From Eledone cirrhosa (taxonomy: Eukaryota): a DNA stretch of 64,000 nucleotides. The stretch spans positions 105,400,001-105,464,000 of the forward strand of contig OZ024740.1 in NCBI GenBank assembly GCA_964016885.1, written 5' to 3'. The notes below the pieces were generated by a model. The model had not been told where the DNA came from. It saw only the letters and a list, made by a program, of their open reading frames with translations, and did not search any database. Below, piece by piece: positions 27,310-40,683 of this stretch. Position 1 is the stretch's first letter. Each line of letters starts with the position of its first letter. The position numbers and the translations under genes were made by a program.

Positions 27310-28329
27310 TATATATATATATATGAATATGAGTGACGCTTATACGCATATCTTGGTGGATATCTCTAGTGTGTATGTGTGCATATGACCATGTTAAAGA
27401 CAGGCTATATTTATAGAATAAAGGCAGGGTAGAGAGGCAGTTGTTATGTATAGATAATGGAAATGATATCACACATCAGTTGGTTGCTGTCGCAATTAAA
27501 AATCTTTATTAGACTTGAGTCAATAGAACTGCAACTGCTGTGATTTACAGACACAACTAATCAGTAATTTGTAAAAAGCAACTGATGAAGCTCGAGGAAG
27601 TCAAAACTGTTATTGATGTCATACAGACGAATCGATTTGAGTGCATGCATGGCTTTGCAGTTAAGAATTTTGCTTCGCAAAACGGGATTTCTGGTTCGAT
27701 ACTACTTCCTGGCACATTGGGAAAACATCTTTTATCATATCTCCTGTCACCCAAAGTCTTTTAAAGTGAATTCTGGTAGACTGAAATTGTATGGAAGGCT
27801 CATCGATAGGATTATTCATATTCTTGGGTGGACTGAAACTGTCGCCCAGTTTAACACTATACCATGACCCTTGTGTGAATTTAGCTGATTACACTTTGTT
27901 GAAAAGATTCAAGCCTAGTCTCCAGACATGGAATAGTTACTCCACTTTCCACCACCAATCTTTTAGGATCTGAAAAAAGGACCTTAAGCGTTTTTGAAAA
28001 TTATTTTAAGAATCTATTTCTGTTACAAAAACAAGGTTGCTAATGTCAAAATAAATATTACAAAATTCATCCTTATACGACAGATGAACACCGGATAGTC
28101 AAGAACAATCCAATATTGCATATATATATATAAATATGTATGCATCTTTATTGTATATAGAAGTGATTTGTACAGGACTAGATCTGTTTCATTCGAATGA
28201 AAAATCCTCACGAATGAACCAGTTCTAGTCATGTAGAAGTCACTTCTATATACGTATACTAAAGATACCTAAAAAAACAGTATATATTGTTTTTTCCCGC
28301 CTATTGTATAACAGTAAGGTATGATTGAA

Positions 28330-28990
28330 GGCATGTTCGGTCACCCACTTCATTGATGACCTTCTGGAGCTTGGAATCATAGATAATGAAAAAGAAGTGG
28401 GCCCAGCACACTGCCTTGTGGAACGCCACTACTGACTTTGGCCGAGCTTGATTGTACACCTTCGACTACAATATGTTGGGCTCTGTTTGTCAGGAAACAC
28501 TTGATCCATTGCAGTAACTTTCCAGAGACACCAATGCTAGATAGTTTTTTTTCAGTAGAATATTGTGATCACCCTGCCAAAGCCTTGCTGAAATCAAGGT
28601 TGATGACATCAGTGTTGGAGCTCTCTCCCAAAGCTCTTAAAATGTCATCAAAGTGATGTACGAGCTGCGTTAGGAAGTCCCTTCCATTACGAAACCCATC
28701 CTGGCTGGATTTCAGCAAATTGTTGCTTTCAATAAAGTGGGGAATTCGTGATCTCACCACCCTCTCAAATACCTTGATGATATGAGAAGTGAATGAGATC
28801 GGACGGTAATTCACTGCAAGGGACACGTTTCTCTTTTTGAAAGCTGAGACAACAAACAGAAAGTTTTCAAGTATATAGCCAGCGTCCAGTGAGTTCCTCC
28901 TCAAATTAGCTAGAGGAGATGAAAGTTGGTGTCGACACACCTTCAAGACACTAGAAGGGAACATATAGGGGTATACTGCTGAGTTTAGTT
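28330..28990 (-). pseudogene. CR1-group LINE RT fragment
   Basis: NYRPISFTSHIIKVFER, DVINLDFSKA, SVVSGVPQGSVLGP. Confidence 0.85.
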
Positions 28991-29335
28991 TATTGCCGCT
29001 AGGACATCAGGGGCACCAAACGTTATGTCCGATATAATATGTTGGGGATTAACATCACTGATGCAGCCCAGATCAACCCATGGTTTTAGCATTGTCTTTG
29101 GAGACTGCTATTTTTATCAATCAGAGGGCCAAGAGTGGAGACAGCAACTTTCCACTGTAATATTATGTATAGTGTTAGTGTGATTTACTAAACACTAGGC
29201 CCAACTTTTTTTGTTGATATCCTGTTGGTGTAAGGATAGGTTGGGACAAGAAAAACTCACCCATAAAGTCGAGAAGTGACTCTACTGCTGCTTTGTCAGC
29301 GGTTGAGGTGGGAGGGTCTGGTTTCAAATTGTTTA

Positions 29336-29527
29336 TACGAGGTTCGGTTGAAAAGTTCAGACTGACTATAAAAGTATGATACTTGAGTTGTGAGATCTTG
29401 CGCGCATTAATTTCAACTCTACTTATTCATTGTTTCTTTCCAGGGAATATGTTGAAAAATAAGGTGCATTTGGTCATTCTGTGAGAGTATCTTGGTCAGC
29501 CTATGAACGCTCCAGCCGACCCTCATA
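29336..29527. mobile_element. Tc1/mariner-type MITE
   Basis: tacgaggttcggttgaaaagtt...cagccgaccctcata. Confidence 0.75.
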
Positions 29528-29600
29528 TATATATATATATATATCACGATTTCTCCCGAATGAAACAGTTCTAGTCTTGTAGAAGCAATTTCTATATTAA

Positions 29601-29736
<136 letters not shown>

Positions 29737-30293
29737 ATGAAATGGCTTTATTATATTTACTCAACTTAGCCATTAGAGTTCAATTTCTGGGCTTTGTTAT
29801 GGGGCATTTTTACATGGTTCGGTGATGGCCTAGTCCCAGGCTGGCCTGGTATAAGATGTCCAACTGATAATAGTCCAGTACTAATATTGATCTAGTTGAC
29901 CACAATATCTACCACTAATTAGTCAGTAACATGTGTTTTAAATGTAATACCCATCTAAATACACTACTTTTTTTAAAATGAAAGATTTATACAGCTTGGT
30001 TGAAGCAATTCACAAAAGAAGTCGGCCATATTGACAGACAGTTAACGATTCGTTGTTATTTCATAACTATTTAATATTACATGTCGTTTCCTATGAAAAG
30101 CTGTAAGTTTAAGCAATCATTATTCATTGTTTCAGGAAGTAATTAAAAGATACAGCATAATGAATACATAAATACATGCAAAACTATTATTTTAAAATTC
30201 TTCTAATTCTAATTTGGAATTTGCAAGTGTGTGAAGTTACGAATATATATATATATATATATACTATTTTATTCTTTTTATTGTTACACACAC

Positions 30294-30327
<34 letters not shown>

Positions 30328-30447
30328 AAAAGGTAAAAGAGTACACACACACACACATATATATATATATGTGTGTGTGTGTGTGTAACAGGTAAAAGAG
30401 TACATATATATATTATATATATACTATATATATGTATGCGTGTTTGT

Positions 30448-30483
<36 letters not shown>

Positions 30484-30774
30484 TTAAGTGCAGGCTGTCA
30501 TATTTCAGTTGGTGAGCCAACACAATTTTTAATTAATTGCAATTATAACGCGATGAGAAGAAAAGCCATTAACATTAATTAAAATGACACTATTTCGAAC
30601 AGATTGAGCGATCGCATAGAGCCTTGCTTGTTGGCTTATTGTAGAGGCTTGTGGTGTTAAATTGAATTTCTCATCTACCTGCATCTTATATAACTAGACT
30701 AGAAAATAGTAGCCTCATTTTTATTTTAGCCTACATTATTCATTTTCTGACAAAAACTGATGGAACTCTGAATA

Positions 30775-30960
30775 TACGAGGGTCAACTGAAAAATTCCTA
30801 GGTTAACTATGAAGTAGTGATAGTAAAATTGTGGAATCTTGCATGCATTAATTTCAACCCTTCTTTCCAAGGACTATGCAGAAAAATAAGCCTCATTTGG
30901 TCATTCCCCTGAAGTATGTTGGTCAGCCTATGAACCTTTTAGTCTTAGAATTTTTCAGCC
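30775..30960. mobile_element. Tc1/mariner-type MITE
   Basis: tacgagggtcaactgaaaaatt; same family. Confidence 0.7.
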
Positions 30961-31089
30961 TTTGAATTTTTGGTTTCTGTTCTACTGTTTCTGTCCAGAG
31001 TTACATCACATGTTCTAAGTGATCCCCATTTGAATCCATATGTAATTTGAGGCGCATGGTGAAGTTTAGAATAAGGTTTTTACAAACAA

Positions 31090-31606
31090 AACTTAACAGT
31101 TACAGTAATTTTTTGTTTAGTCTGTATTCTGTGGAGGTACTTCTTAATATCTTTTTTGACAAAGCTTCTGTAAGTTTCTGTGAAGGGATCTAAGGATTCG
31201 CTTCTCCTGCGCAGCGATCGTTTTGGGCTCTGTTCAACAGACTCTTGCACCATGTTAATAACTTCCTGTGTACGTTTCCTGGATCATCCAATATGGGTAT
31301 GTCGGTCTTCAGATATTATATTGAGATTCTTCACTGCCTCATAGTCAAACGTCTTCACGCAGTTCTGTATGGATTTGAAGGGAGTTTGTTTGTTCCAAAA
31401 AATGCATGACATTGCTCCTGGACCTGTTTGTACGAACTATACTTATAGTAGTGTTTCACACAACATCAAGAGCTGGAGCTACCATTGTTGTCTTTGCAAA
31501 CGTTGTATCTGCCATATCCTGAAATTTAAGGTTGATCGGTTAGAAAATGAATATAAAATGACACAAAACGTATGCTGGGCCAGTTATCATTTTTAGTCAC
31601 CTTGTA
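31090..31606 (-). pseudogene. Tc1/mariner transposase N-terminal (HTH) remnant with one TIR
   Basis: RKRTQEVINMVQESVEQSPKRSLRRRS...VKKDIKKYLHRIQTKQK; end tacaaggtgactaaaa. Confidence 0.65.
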
Positions 31607-32321
31607 TCATATCAGAAGAATTGTGGAATCAAAGAGTAGCTTTCGAAATAGTTCATTAGATCACATGTGGACGGTTGTAGAGTTACAGAAGCTCTCTTAA
31701 CTGATATTATATTACATTAAACTTAGAGGGTTTTACAGATACAGGAGCTATTTTGATAGGCGTTACGTTAAGGAGCTCTCTTGACGAATAGAACAACAAA
31801 ACCTTGAAAAAATTCCCATATTAAGCTTTATAAATTTTCCTTATGGGGAAAACATCGTATAAATCTCATAACTTGGAAGATAATGCTAGTAACTGACGTG
31901 ATGATTTACTTTAAATAATGTGAAAGATTCCTAATAAAATCTAAATTTAAATTTGAACTATAAACCAAACAATGAAACTCATATGAGTGATACATTCCAA
32001 AAAGATGGAGTATTTATAGTTGGAAGAAATATCAATATAAGGACACATATTAATAGTTCTTCCGCTATTGACAATATTCAATAATGATAGAAACACAGAG
32101 CGTTCTTCAACAGAGTCAAAATAGATATTTATTAGAAATAGCTATCATGTGTTAAAAAAATAAAGACTAAGAAATACAAACATAGATAGATGGCACGAGA
32201 GAGAAAGGGCAAAGCGAAAGACATTTTAATTCTACAAGACGTATACACACACATACACATATGCATGTCTACACACACGACTCATCCCCCCCATATATAT
32301 ATATATATATCTACACACACA

Positions 32322-32423
<102 letters not shown>

Positions 32424-32930
32424 CATATATATATATATACACACGCATTTCACACGTAGCGTTGTATAGCGTGGTTGTTATGACAGTTTAACTGCATTTT
32501 ATATTTATTTATTTCAACTTTAGCTGACCACCTTGAAGTTCAGTTTTGTTTTTATTTTCATGAACATATACATATTTGTCACTAATAATTTCTTTTCTAT
32601 TTAATATATACACAGACAGACCTATACTCATACACAATAATAACACAATCCGATACACTTAGACACCACCACGAACAATATATAGACTATCCCACCAATA
32701 TTTAAGGTGATACACACAAAATTAAAAACAATACACGCACACACTTTCAAATTACCCATTATTGAATTTTTTTATCATATAACTTATCTACTTGTACTCT
32801 CCTCACGAAGGACTAACGGCCGATATCTTGAGCTTCTTTTCTGACTCATCCAAAACTTGAAGCTATAACACTAATTATTTTTAAATCTCTGTGTTTGTCA
32901 TTTTTTAAAGTTATATATATATATATATAT

Positions 32931-33268
32931 TGGTAAACGGAAAAGAAAATGCTGACAAATTGTTCACAGTGAAAAATAGTTTAATTAGGAATAAGTGAGA
33001 ATTAGTAATAGTATTGGTTAGTATTCAGTTTTGGTTTTAAGTTTTACCGGTTGCGCATTTCTAATGCTTTTCAAAAATAATTTTGAGATAGAGCGTTCGT
33101 GATGTTTGCTCTATCTCAAAATTATTTTTGAAAAGCATTAGAAATGCGCAACCGGTAAAACTTAAAACCAAAACTGAATACTAACCAATACTATTACTAA
33201 TTCTCACTTATTCCTAATTAAACTATTTTTCACTGTGAACAATTTGTCAGCATTTTCTTTTCCGTTTA

Positions 33269-33271
<3 letters not shown>
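32931..33271. repeat. perfect fold-back palindrome (164-bp arms, 13-nt spacer) between (TA)n tracts
   Basis: 32931-33094 is the reverse complement of 33108-33271. Confidence 0.95.
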
Positions 33272-33307
<36 letters not shown>

Positions 33308-33309
<2 letters not shown>

Positions 33310-34097
33310 CCCGTCATTTCCATTCCCCAGGTCACTCTTCCCTACATGTCTCAGTCGTTGGTTTCCTTTTACATCACGGATCACAGGCCTCACGCTCCAG
33401 GACTGAAGAGAGTTTGATTTTCCGCCTTGGGTCCTGTTTCTCCAATGAACTCAACTCCCTCCCCTCTCTAATTTCTTTAATATTACACATATACGTTTCT
33501 GCTTACTTCTCTATCCTTTGCCATCGTCACTTTACCCCGTCCGTTGTCACACACGCACTTGTACATTCACCTCTAGATTCCTAAGACTCTCTTATGGTCA
33601 CAAACATATACTCTTACAGCTGATACAGAACAACTAAATAGGCACACACACCTCTAAGTTTCCCTTCACAGCTCTGTACACACACACACACACACACACA
33701 CACTTATATTAATATACTTTTGCTCACAGCTTCGTACTTACAAGCACACACACATATCCACTTAGCTTCGTACGCGCACACTTATAGCTCTATATACAAA
33801 ACGGATTTTTCCTTTTCAGATAGACGCGCTCCATCATCCACTTTTCTTAAAACTCAAAACGAGAGCATCAACAGTTTTCCAAGAGATGGCAACATGAATG
33901 GACCTGTTATTTTTCTCTAAAAAGCTTTTTCCGATTCCACCTTGCTCGTCCCTTCAATCTTTCTTATTTCTCATTATTTCTTCTGATGAATGACTAGCGT
34001 CCGAAACGTTAAGACCCTCTTCCTGCTATTTCAAGCGTTAAACTAATATATTCCTTCCATATACTGTACCGTTTGTGTTGTTATTTCTGTTTACCTT
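33308..34097 (+). mobile_element. Neptune-type PLE 3' end (GIY-YIG C-terminus plus pLTR)
   Basis: HFHSPGHSSLHVSVVG...EESLIFRLGSCFSNELNS; pLTR homologous to 6170-6895; flanked by (TA)n. Confidence 0.85.
33979..34014 (+). ncRNA. minimal type I hammerhead
   Basis: CTGATGA-atgactagcgtcc-GAAA-cgt-TA; one stem II mismatch relative to the 6262 copy. Confidence 0.75.
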
Positions 34098-34629
34098 ATA
34101 TATATATATATATGTGTGTGTGGGTGTGGGTGAGGGAGGCGTGTGTGTGTCTCTATGAGTCTATGTGTGTGTGTCTGAGTCTATGTGTGTGTGTCTGAGT
34201 CTATGTGTGTGTGTGTATAAAAAATAAACAGAAATATAAAAAATAACAAATCAAACGGCACAGTATTTATACGTTTCGCCCCTCCCCCACACACATAAAT
34301 TGCTAGTTTAAATGTCAAATTGTATATTTAATATTTTTATCTGGCTTTCCACCAATTATTTTAACTTGTGACAAAAACTGTAATCTGGAATATGCAACAA
34401 TATAGCATATGTTGCTATTACTATACAATAACTGTCATAATAGAACCATCGCTTTAATTCCTGCCTCACTGTCTTCTTTCCTTCTATCCTTCATCTATCC
34501 ATTGTCTTTCTATCACTTGTTCATCCATCCATTCATTCATAAACTTATAATGATTGCTTCTGGGTTCACACTAAGAAAACATTAAGGATGGCACAAGTGT
34601 GTGTGTATGTATGTATGTATGTGTCGCAT

Positions 34630-36010
34630 ACAAACACCACACACATACCACACACACCACACACACATCACCACGCACACACATCTCACGCATCACACAC
34701 CCATCACCACGCACACACATCTCACGCATCACACACCATTCACACACAATACCACACCACCACACACTACATCACACAACAAACAATCACACCCCACACA
34801 CCACTGCACCACTAAAACTCACACAACACACACTACAACATACCACACACACTACAGCACACCACACACGGACTACATCACACACCATACCATACACACT
34901 ACACCACTTACCACATACACACACAAAACACACACACCATACACACACTCACCCATACACACCATACGCACATACAAACCCCACACAACACACACAACAC
35001 ATACAAACAACACACACAATTATCACATACACACACCACACAGGCACACCCCTCACACACACATACTACACACCACACATCATATACAACACACCATTCA
35101 TATATACCACACCACAAATACTCACATCACACACACCACACATATACCACACACACACTACACCACACCACAAACACTCAGCACACACACACACACACAC
35201 ACCACCAAAAGCACTCACCACACACACACCACACACACACACCACACACACACACCACACACTACACCACACACACACACCACATACACTGTAGTGTATG
35301 TGGTGTGTGTGTGGTGAGTGCTTTTGGTGGTGTGTGTGTGTGCTGAGTGTTTGTGGTGTAGTGTGTGTGTGGTGTATGTGTGGTGTGTGTGATGTGAGTA
35401 TTTGTGGTGTGGTATATATGAATGGTGTGTTGTATATGACGTGTGGTGTGTAGTATGTGTGTGTGAGATGTGTGCCTATGTGTTTATGGTGTGTATGGGT
35501 GAGTGTGTGTATGGTGTGTGTGTTTTGTGTGTGTGTATGTGGTAAGTGGTGTAGTGTGTATGGTATGGTGTGTGATGTAGTGCGTGTGTGGTGTGATGTA
35601 GTGCGTGTGTGGTGTGCATCATATACAACACACCATTCATATATACCACACCACAAATACTCACATCACACACACACACTACACCATACACCACACACAC
35701 ACACCACACATACACCACACGTACACCATACCACACACCACACATACACCACACCACACACCACACATACACCACACACACACCACAGCACACATACACC
35801 ACACATACACCACACATGCACCACACATGCACCACACATACACCACACGACACACACCACACGACACATACACCACACCACACATACACCACACATACAC
35901 CACACATACACGACACCACACCACACATACACCACACCATACATACACCACACCACACATACACCATACATACACCACACCATACACTACGCCACTCACA
36001 ACACGACCAC
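34630..36010. repeat. CA-rich low-complexity tract with an internal inversion
   Basis: strand composition flips at about 35291 and 35617. Confidence 0.9.
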
Positions 36011-36057
36011 AAACTCCCATAATATCGACTACGGACATACAAACAGTAGCTAATCTA

Positions 36058-36245
36058 TCGTGAATTGGCAGTATCAGTAGAGGGTCGGACGCCATGCTTT
36101 CCAGCATAGTTACGTCCCTTTGCGATCTGAGTTCAAATCCTGCCGAGGTTAACTTTGCCTTTCATCCTTATGGGGTCGATAAAATAAAGTACCAGTAATG
36201 TACTGGGTAATTGCTGGCCTTGTGCCTAAAGTAGAAACAATTATT
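36058..36245 (+). mobile_element. SINE family A
   Basis: consensus match. Confidence 0.9.
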
Positions 36246-36411
36246 ACACTGCTCCAATACATATTACAAATAAACATTTCCCATACGTCACTAGTATTCC
36301 GATAGTTTTCAAATGGATTTTAAAAACATGAATACAACAAATACAACAAATATTCTCTTTCCTGTTTTATTTTTTATTCTTTTTAATTGTTGTTGCTGTT
36401 GTTGTTGTTAT

Positions 36412-36420
36412 AATAGTAGC

Positions 36421-36457
<37 letters not shown>

Positions 36458-36483
36458 ATAGTAGTAGCAGTACTACTAGTAGC

Positions 36484-36514
<31 letters not shown>

Positions 36515-36546
36515 ATAGTAGTAGTAATAGTAGTAGCAGTACTACT

Positions 36547-36578
<32 letters not shown>

Positions 36579-38212
36579 AAGTAGTAGTAGCAGCAGCAGT
36601 AGTAGTAGTACTGGTGGTGGTGGTGCTGCTGCTACTACTACTGGTGGTGGTACTACTACTACTACTACTAGTAGTAGTAGCAGCAGCACTACTACTAGTA
36701 GTAGCAGTAGTAGTAGTAGCAGCACTACTACTAGTAGTAGCAGTAGTAGTAGTAGCAGCACCACCACCAGTAGTAGTAGTAGTAGTAGTAGCACCACCAG
36801 TAGTAGTAGTAGCAGCACTACTACTAGTAGTAGTAGTAGCAGCACTACTACTACTAGTAGTAGTAGTAGTAGTAGCAGCACTACTACTACTAGTAGTAGT
36901 AGTAGTAGTAGCAGCACTACTACTACTAGTAGCAGTAGTAGTAGTAGCAGCACCACCACCAGTAGTAGTAGTAGTAGTAGTAGTAGCAGCACTACTACTA
37001 GTAGTAGCAGTAGTAGTAGTAGTAGCAGCACTACTAGTAGTAGTAGTAGTAGTAGTAGTAGCAGCAGCACTACTACTAGTAGTAGTAGTAGTAGTAGTAG
37101 CAGCAGCACTACTACTAGTAGTAGTAGTAGTAGTAGCAGCACTACTACTAGTAGTAGTAGTAGTAGCAGCACTACTACTAGTAGTAGTAGTAGTAGTAGC
37201 AGCACTACTACTAGTAGTAGTAGTAGTAGCAGCACTACTACTAGTAGTAGTAGTAGCAGCACCAGTAGTAGTAGTAGCAGCACTACTACTAGTAGTAGTA
37301 GTAGTAGTAGTAGTAGCAGCACTACTACTAGTAGTAGTAGTAGTAGTAGTAGTAGTAGCAGCACTACTACTAGTAGTAGTAGTAGTAGCAGCACTACTAC
37401 TAGTAGTAGCAGTAGTAGTAGTAGCAGCACTACTACTAGTAGTAGCAGCAGTAGTAGTAGTAGCAGCACTACTACTAGTAGTAGTAGTAGTAGCAGCACT
37501 ACTACTAGTAGTAGCAGCAGTAGTAGTAGTAGCAGCACTACTACTAGTAGTAGTAGTAGTAGCAGCACTACTACTAGTAGTAGCAGCAGTAGTAGTAGTA
37601 GCAGCACTACTACTAGTAGTAGTAGTAGTAGCAGCACTACTACTAGTAGTAGTAGTAGTAGTAGCAGCACTACTACTAGTAGTAGTAGTAGTAGCAGCAC
37701 TACTACTAGTAGTAGTAGTAGCAGCACCAGTAGTAGTAGTAGCAGCACTACTACTAGTAGTAGTAGTAGTAGTAGTAGTAGCAGCACTACTACTAGTAGT
37801 AGTAGTAGTAGTAGTAGTAGTAGCAGCACTACTACTAGTAGTAGTAGTAGTAGCAGCACTACTACTAGTAGTAGCAGTAGTAGTAGTAGCAGCACCACCA
37901 CCAGTAGTAGTAGTAGTAGCAGCACCACCACCACCAGTAGTAGTAGTAGTAGTAGCACCACCAGTAGTAGTAGTAGCAGCACTACTACTACTAGTAGTAG
38001 TAGTAGTAGCAGCACTACTACTAGTAGTAGTAGTAGTAGTAGTAGCAGCACTACTACTAGTAGTAGCAGTAGTAGTAGTAGCAGCACTACTACTAGTAGT
38101 AGCAGTAGTAGTAGTAGCAGCACCACCACCAGTAGTAGTAGTAGTAGTAGCATAACCAGTAGTAGTAGTAGCAGCACCAGTAGTAGTAGTAGCAGCACTA
38201 CTACTAGTAGTA
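36412..38212. repeat. compound trinucleotide satellite (AGC)2(ACT)3(AGT)n
   Basis: direct reading; higher-order unit of about 27-40 nt. Confidence 0.95.
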
Positions 38213-38325
38213 TTGATTATAGCAGAAGTAGTGATTGTTGCTGTTGTTGTAGCCTTAAAAATATCTCCATAGAAACCACAATAAATGGAATATAGCCCTC
38301 GTGCATTTTTACCGATGAAGATCAC

Positions 38326-38358
<33 letters not shown>

Positions 38359-39659
38359 AACGACGATGATGATGTTGATGGTGATCATGGGTATGATGAT
38401 AATGATGATGATGATGATTATATAGTGATGGAGATGATGATGGTGATGAGGATGGTGATATGATGTTGGAGATGACGACGACAATGATGACGATGATAAT
38501 GGCGATGCTGATGGTAATGCTGATGGTGATTGGGGGGGGGGGGGTAATGCTGATTAGTATTAGATCGTTGTTAGTGTATTTTTTTTTATCTTATCGATTA
38601 CAATTACACCCATTTCATGAGCCAACGGCATGGATGGTATGGGTGTGTGGTTGAGAACTTCGCTTCGCAAATATGATTTGGAATTGGATCGTACCATGTG
38701 ACATCTTGTGATAGATCTCTTCTATAATAGCCTTAAGTCGATCAAAATCTTATGAGTGGAATTTGATTTGAAACTGTGGAGATCTGACGAAGGTACCCTT
38801 CATGATGTTGATTGATAGACATACTAGTTAATCGCCCTGTTTAACACAACCCTTTTCTCCTTGAGTTCTTTTAGTGGAATCCACTCTGTTGCAATTGTAA
38901 TAATTGGTATATTGGCAGGAATGTTAGGCTCTATGTGTTCCTAGTTCAAATCCCACTTCCTCTTCTCTGGGAAATGACGATTAGCGTTACAACACTCAAG
39001 AGATCTCTTGAGACGCAGCTTCATAGGAAAGCGGCTAAACGTACGCAGATGTGAACCGTACGAACAATAATTATCTCTAGATTAGGCCCATGAGTTGCAA
39101 TTTGGGGAAAGCGAAAATCAATTAAATCGACAGATATTTGACTGGTACGTTATTTTAGTGAAACCGAGAGGATGAAAGCCAAAATTGACTTCTAATCATT
39201 TTCTCCAACATTCTAATGATTCTGCCAATCCACCACCTTCGGTGTAACAACAACAAACTCTGTTATAAGCATTCGGGTAAAACTTTATTTGAAATACTAG
39301 TCTTAGTAGCTTTCAGACAAAACAAAAATAATAAAATAAGCTGTGTTATGACAGCAGAAGGCACTCTGTGTGGCAACGAAGCGGGGCAATAGCTGCCGAT
39401 ATATATACAGAATACCATCAACAATTTTCTATATGGGTAGTAGAATGAACTCTATAGATAATGAACACAACCACAAGGATGTGGTCCGAACGTGGAAGAG
39501 CCGAACTCCAACTGTCATCGCCTCCGTCTCTCTCGCCCTCTCCATCTCTCTGTATGATGAGCAAATGGGGTCCCACATGCTGGCCTCCCCACAGCCCAAC
39601 TTGAGCCTGAGGATAACTTTCTCTATTCTTTCTAGACTGCTTGTCTAAATGTATAACAT

Positions 39660-39847
39660 TGGTGGAGTGGCAGTATCGGTAGAGAGTCGGACGCCATGCT
39701 TTCCAGCATAATTACGTCCCTTTACGGTCTGAGTTCAAATCCCGCCGAGGTTAACTTTGCCTTTCATCCTTACGGGGTCGATAAAATAAAGTACCAGTAA
39801 TGTACAGGGTAATTGCTGGCCTTGTGCCAAAAGTAGAAACAATTATT
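39660..39847 (+). mobile_element. SINE family A
   Basis: consensus match. Confidence 0.9.
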
Positions 39848-40630
39848 TTGATATGTTCGAATCTGTTTTTCTGAGTTCAAATCCGGTCAGAGTCCACTTT
39901 ACTTTTCACCCTTCTACGTTGTAACTAAAAACAGTAGTCGGGTAACTCACAAGACATATTTTAGATAATGTTGTTTTACATAACCTTAAAAAGACAAATA
40001 ATCTTTGTTCTTTCTCTCCTTTTCTTCTCATAGCTTTCCATTACTACTCTCTTTTTCTATACCTTTGACTGAATATTAAATTCTTTATCATTTTTATGTA
40101 ATTTTAACCTAGAAATATATTTTTGAAATAAAATAATTCATGTCAAAAGATAAACTGATCATATGTCTTCCCAGAGTTCATCTGGAGCTAAGCTAATCCA
40201 TAACAACAAATACCTAGATGGATGTTAACTGATCAACAACGTTGTATTATAAAAGACAACTTTGTAAGCTTCCAGGGCTGATTTCAACACTTCTGGAGAA
40301 AAAATTATTTACGAGAGACCAGTATCGTATCCTGGGGAATATATATTTTCCGTTAGTTTACCATTATCGAAACCGAAGATAAACATCGGTCTTATCGATC
40401 CACATGATTCTGATGAAAGGATTAGCTAAGTAACTAAAGAAGTTATGGCGCATGGAATAGCATTTGGCTGCGTTTTTATAAATATTTTCAGTTCAAAATA
40501 TATTATCATGGGTAATATGTTTACCAAATGAAATCTTAGTGGCAGAAACTCAGTGTGCTCCCCTTTCCGAAAAGAGAAAAAATGCGTGTTTATTATAAAT
40601 ATGTACCATGTATTAAAGAAAGACTAAGAA

Positions 40631-40680
<50 letters not shown>

Positions 40681-40683
<3 letters not shown>

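Noticed and set aside
32800-32835. Hammerhead-like CTCACGAAgg...ccGATA (and a similar one at 47686-47720)
   Set aside because: Several core mismatches; probably decayed pLTR ribozymes, but not supportable as features.
34588-36107. His/Thr- and Val/Cys-rich ORFs (also the many YIYI/CVCV ORFs elsewhere)
   Set aside because: Translations of CA/TA microsatellites.
36313-38484. 500-700 aa ORFs on both strands
   Set aside because: They arise from a trinucleotide satellite that lacks stops in those frames.
40364-40423. Type II hammerhead-like match GAAAccga...tcggTC...CTGATGA
   Set aside because: Stems I and II do not pair next to the core and there is no repeat context; plausible by chance.
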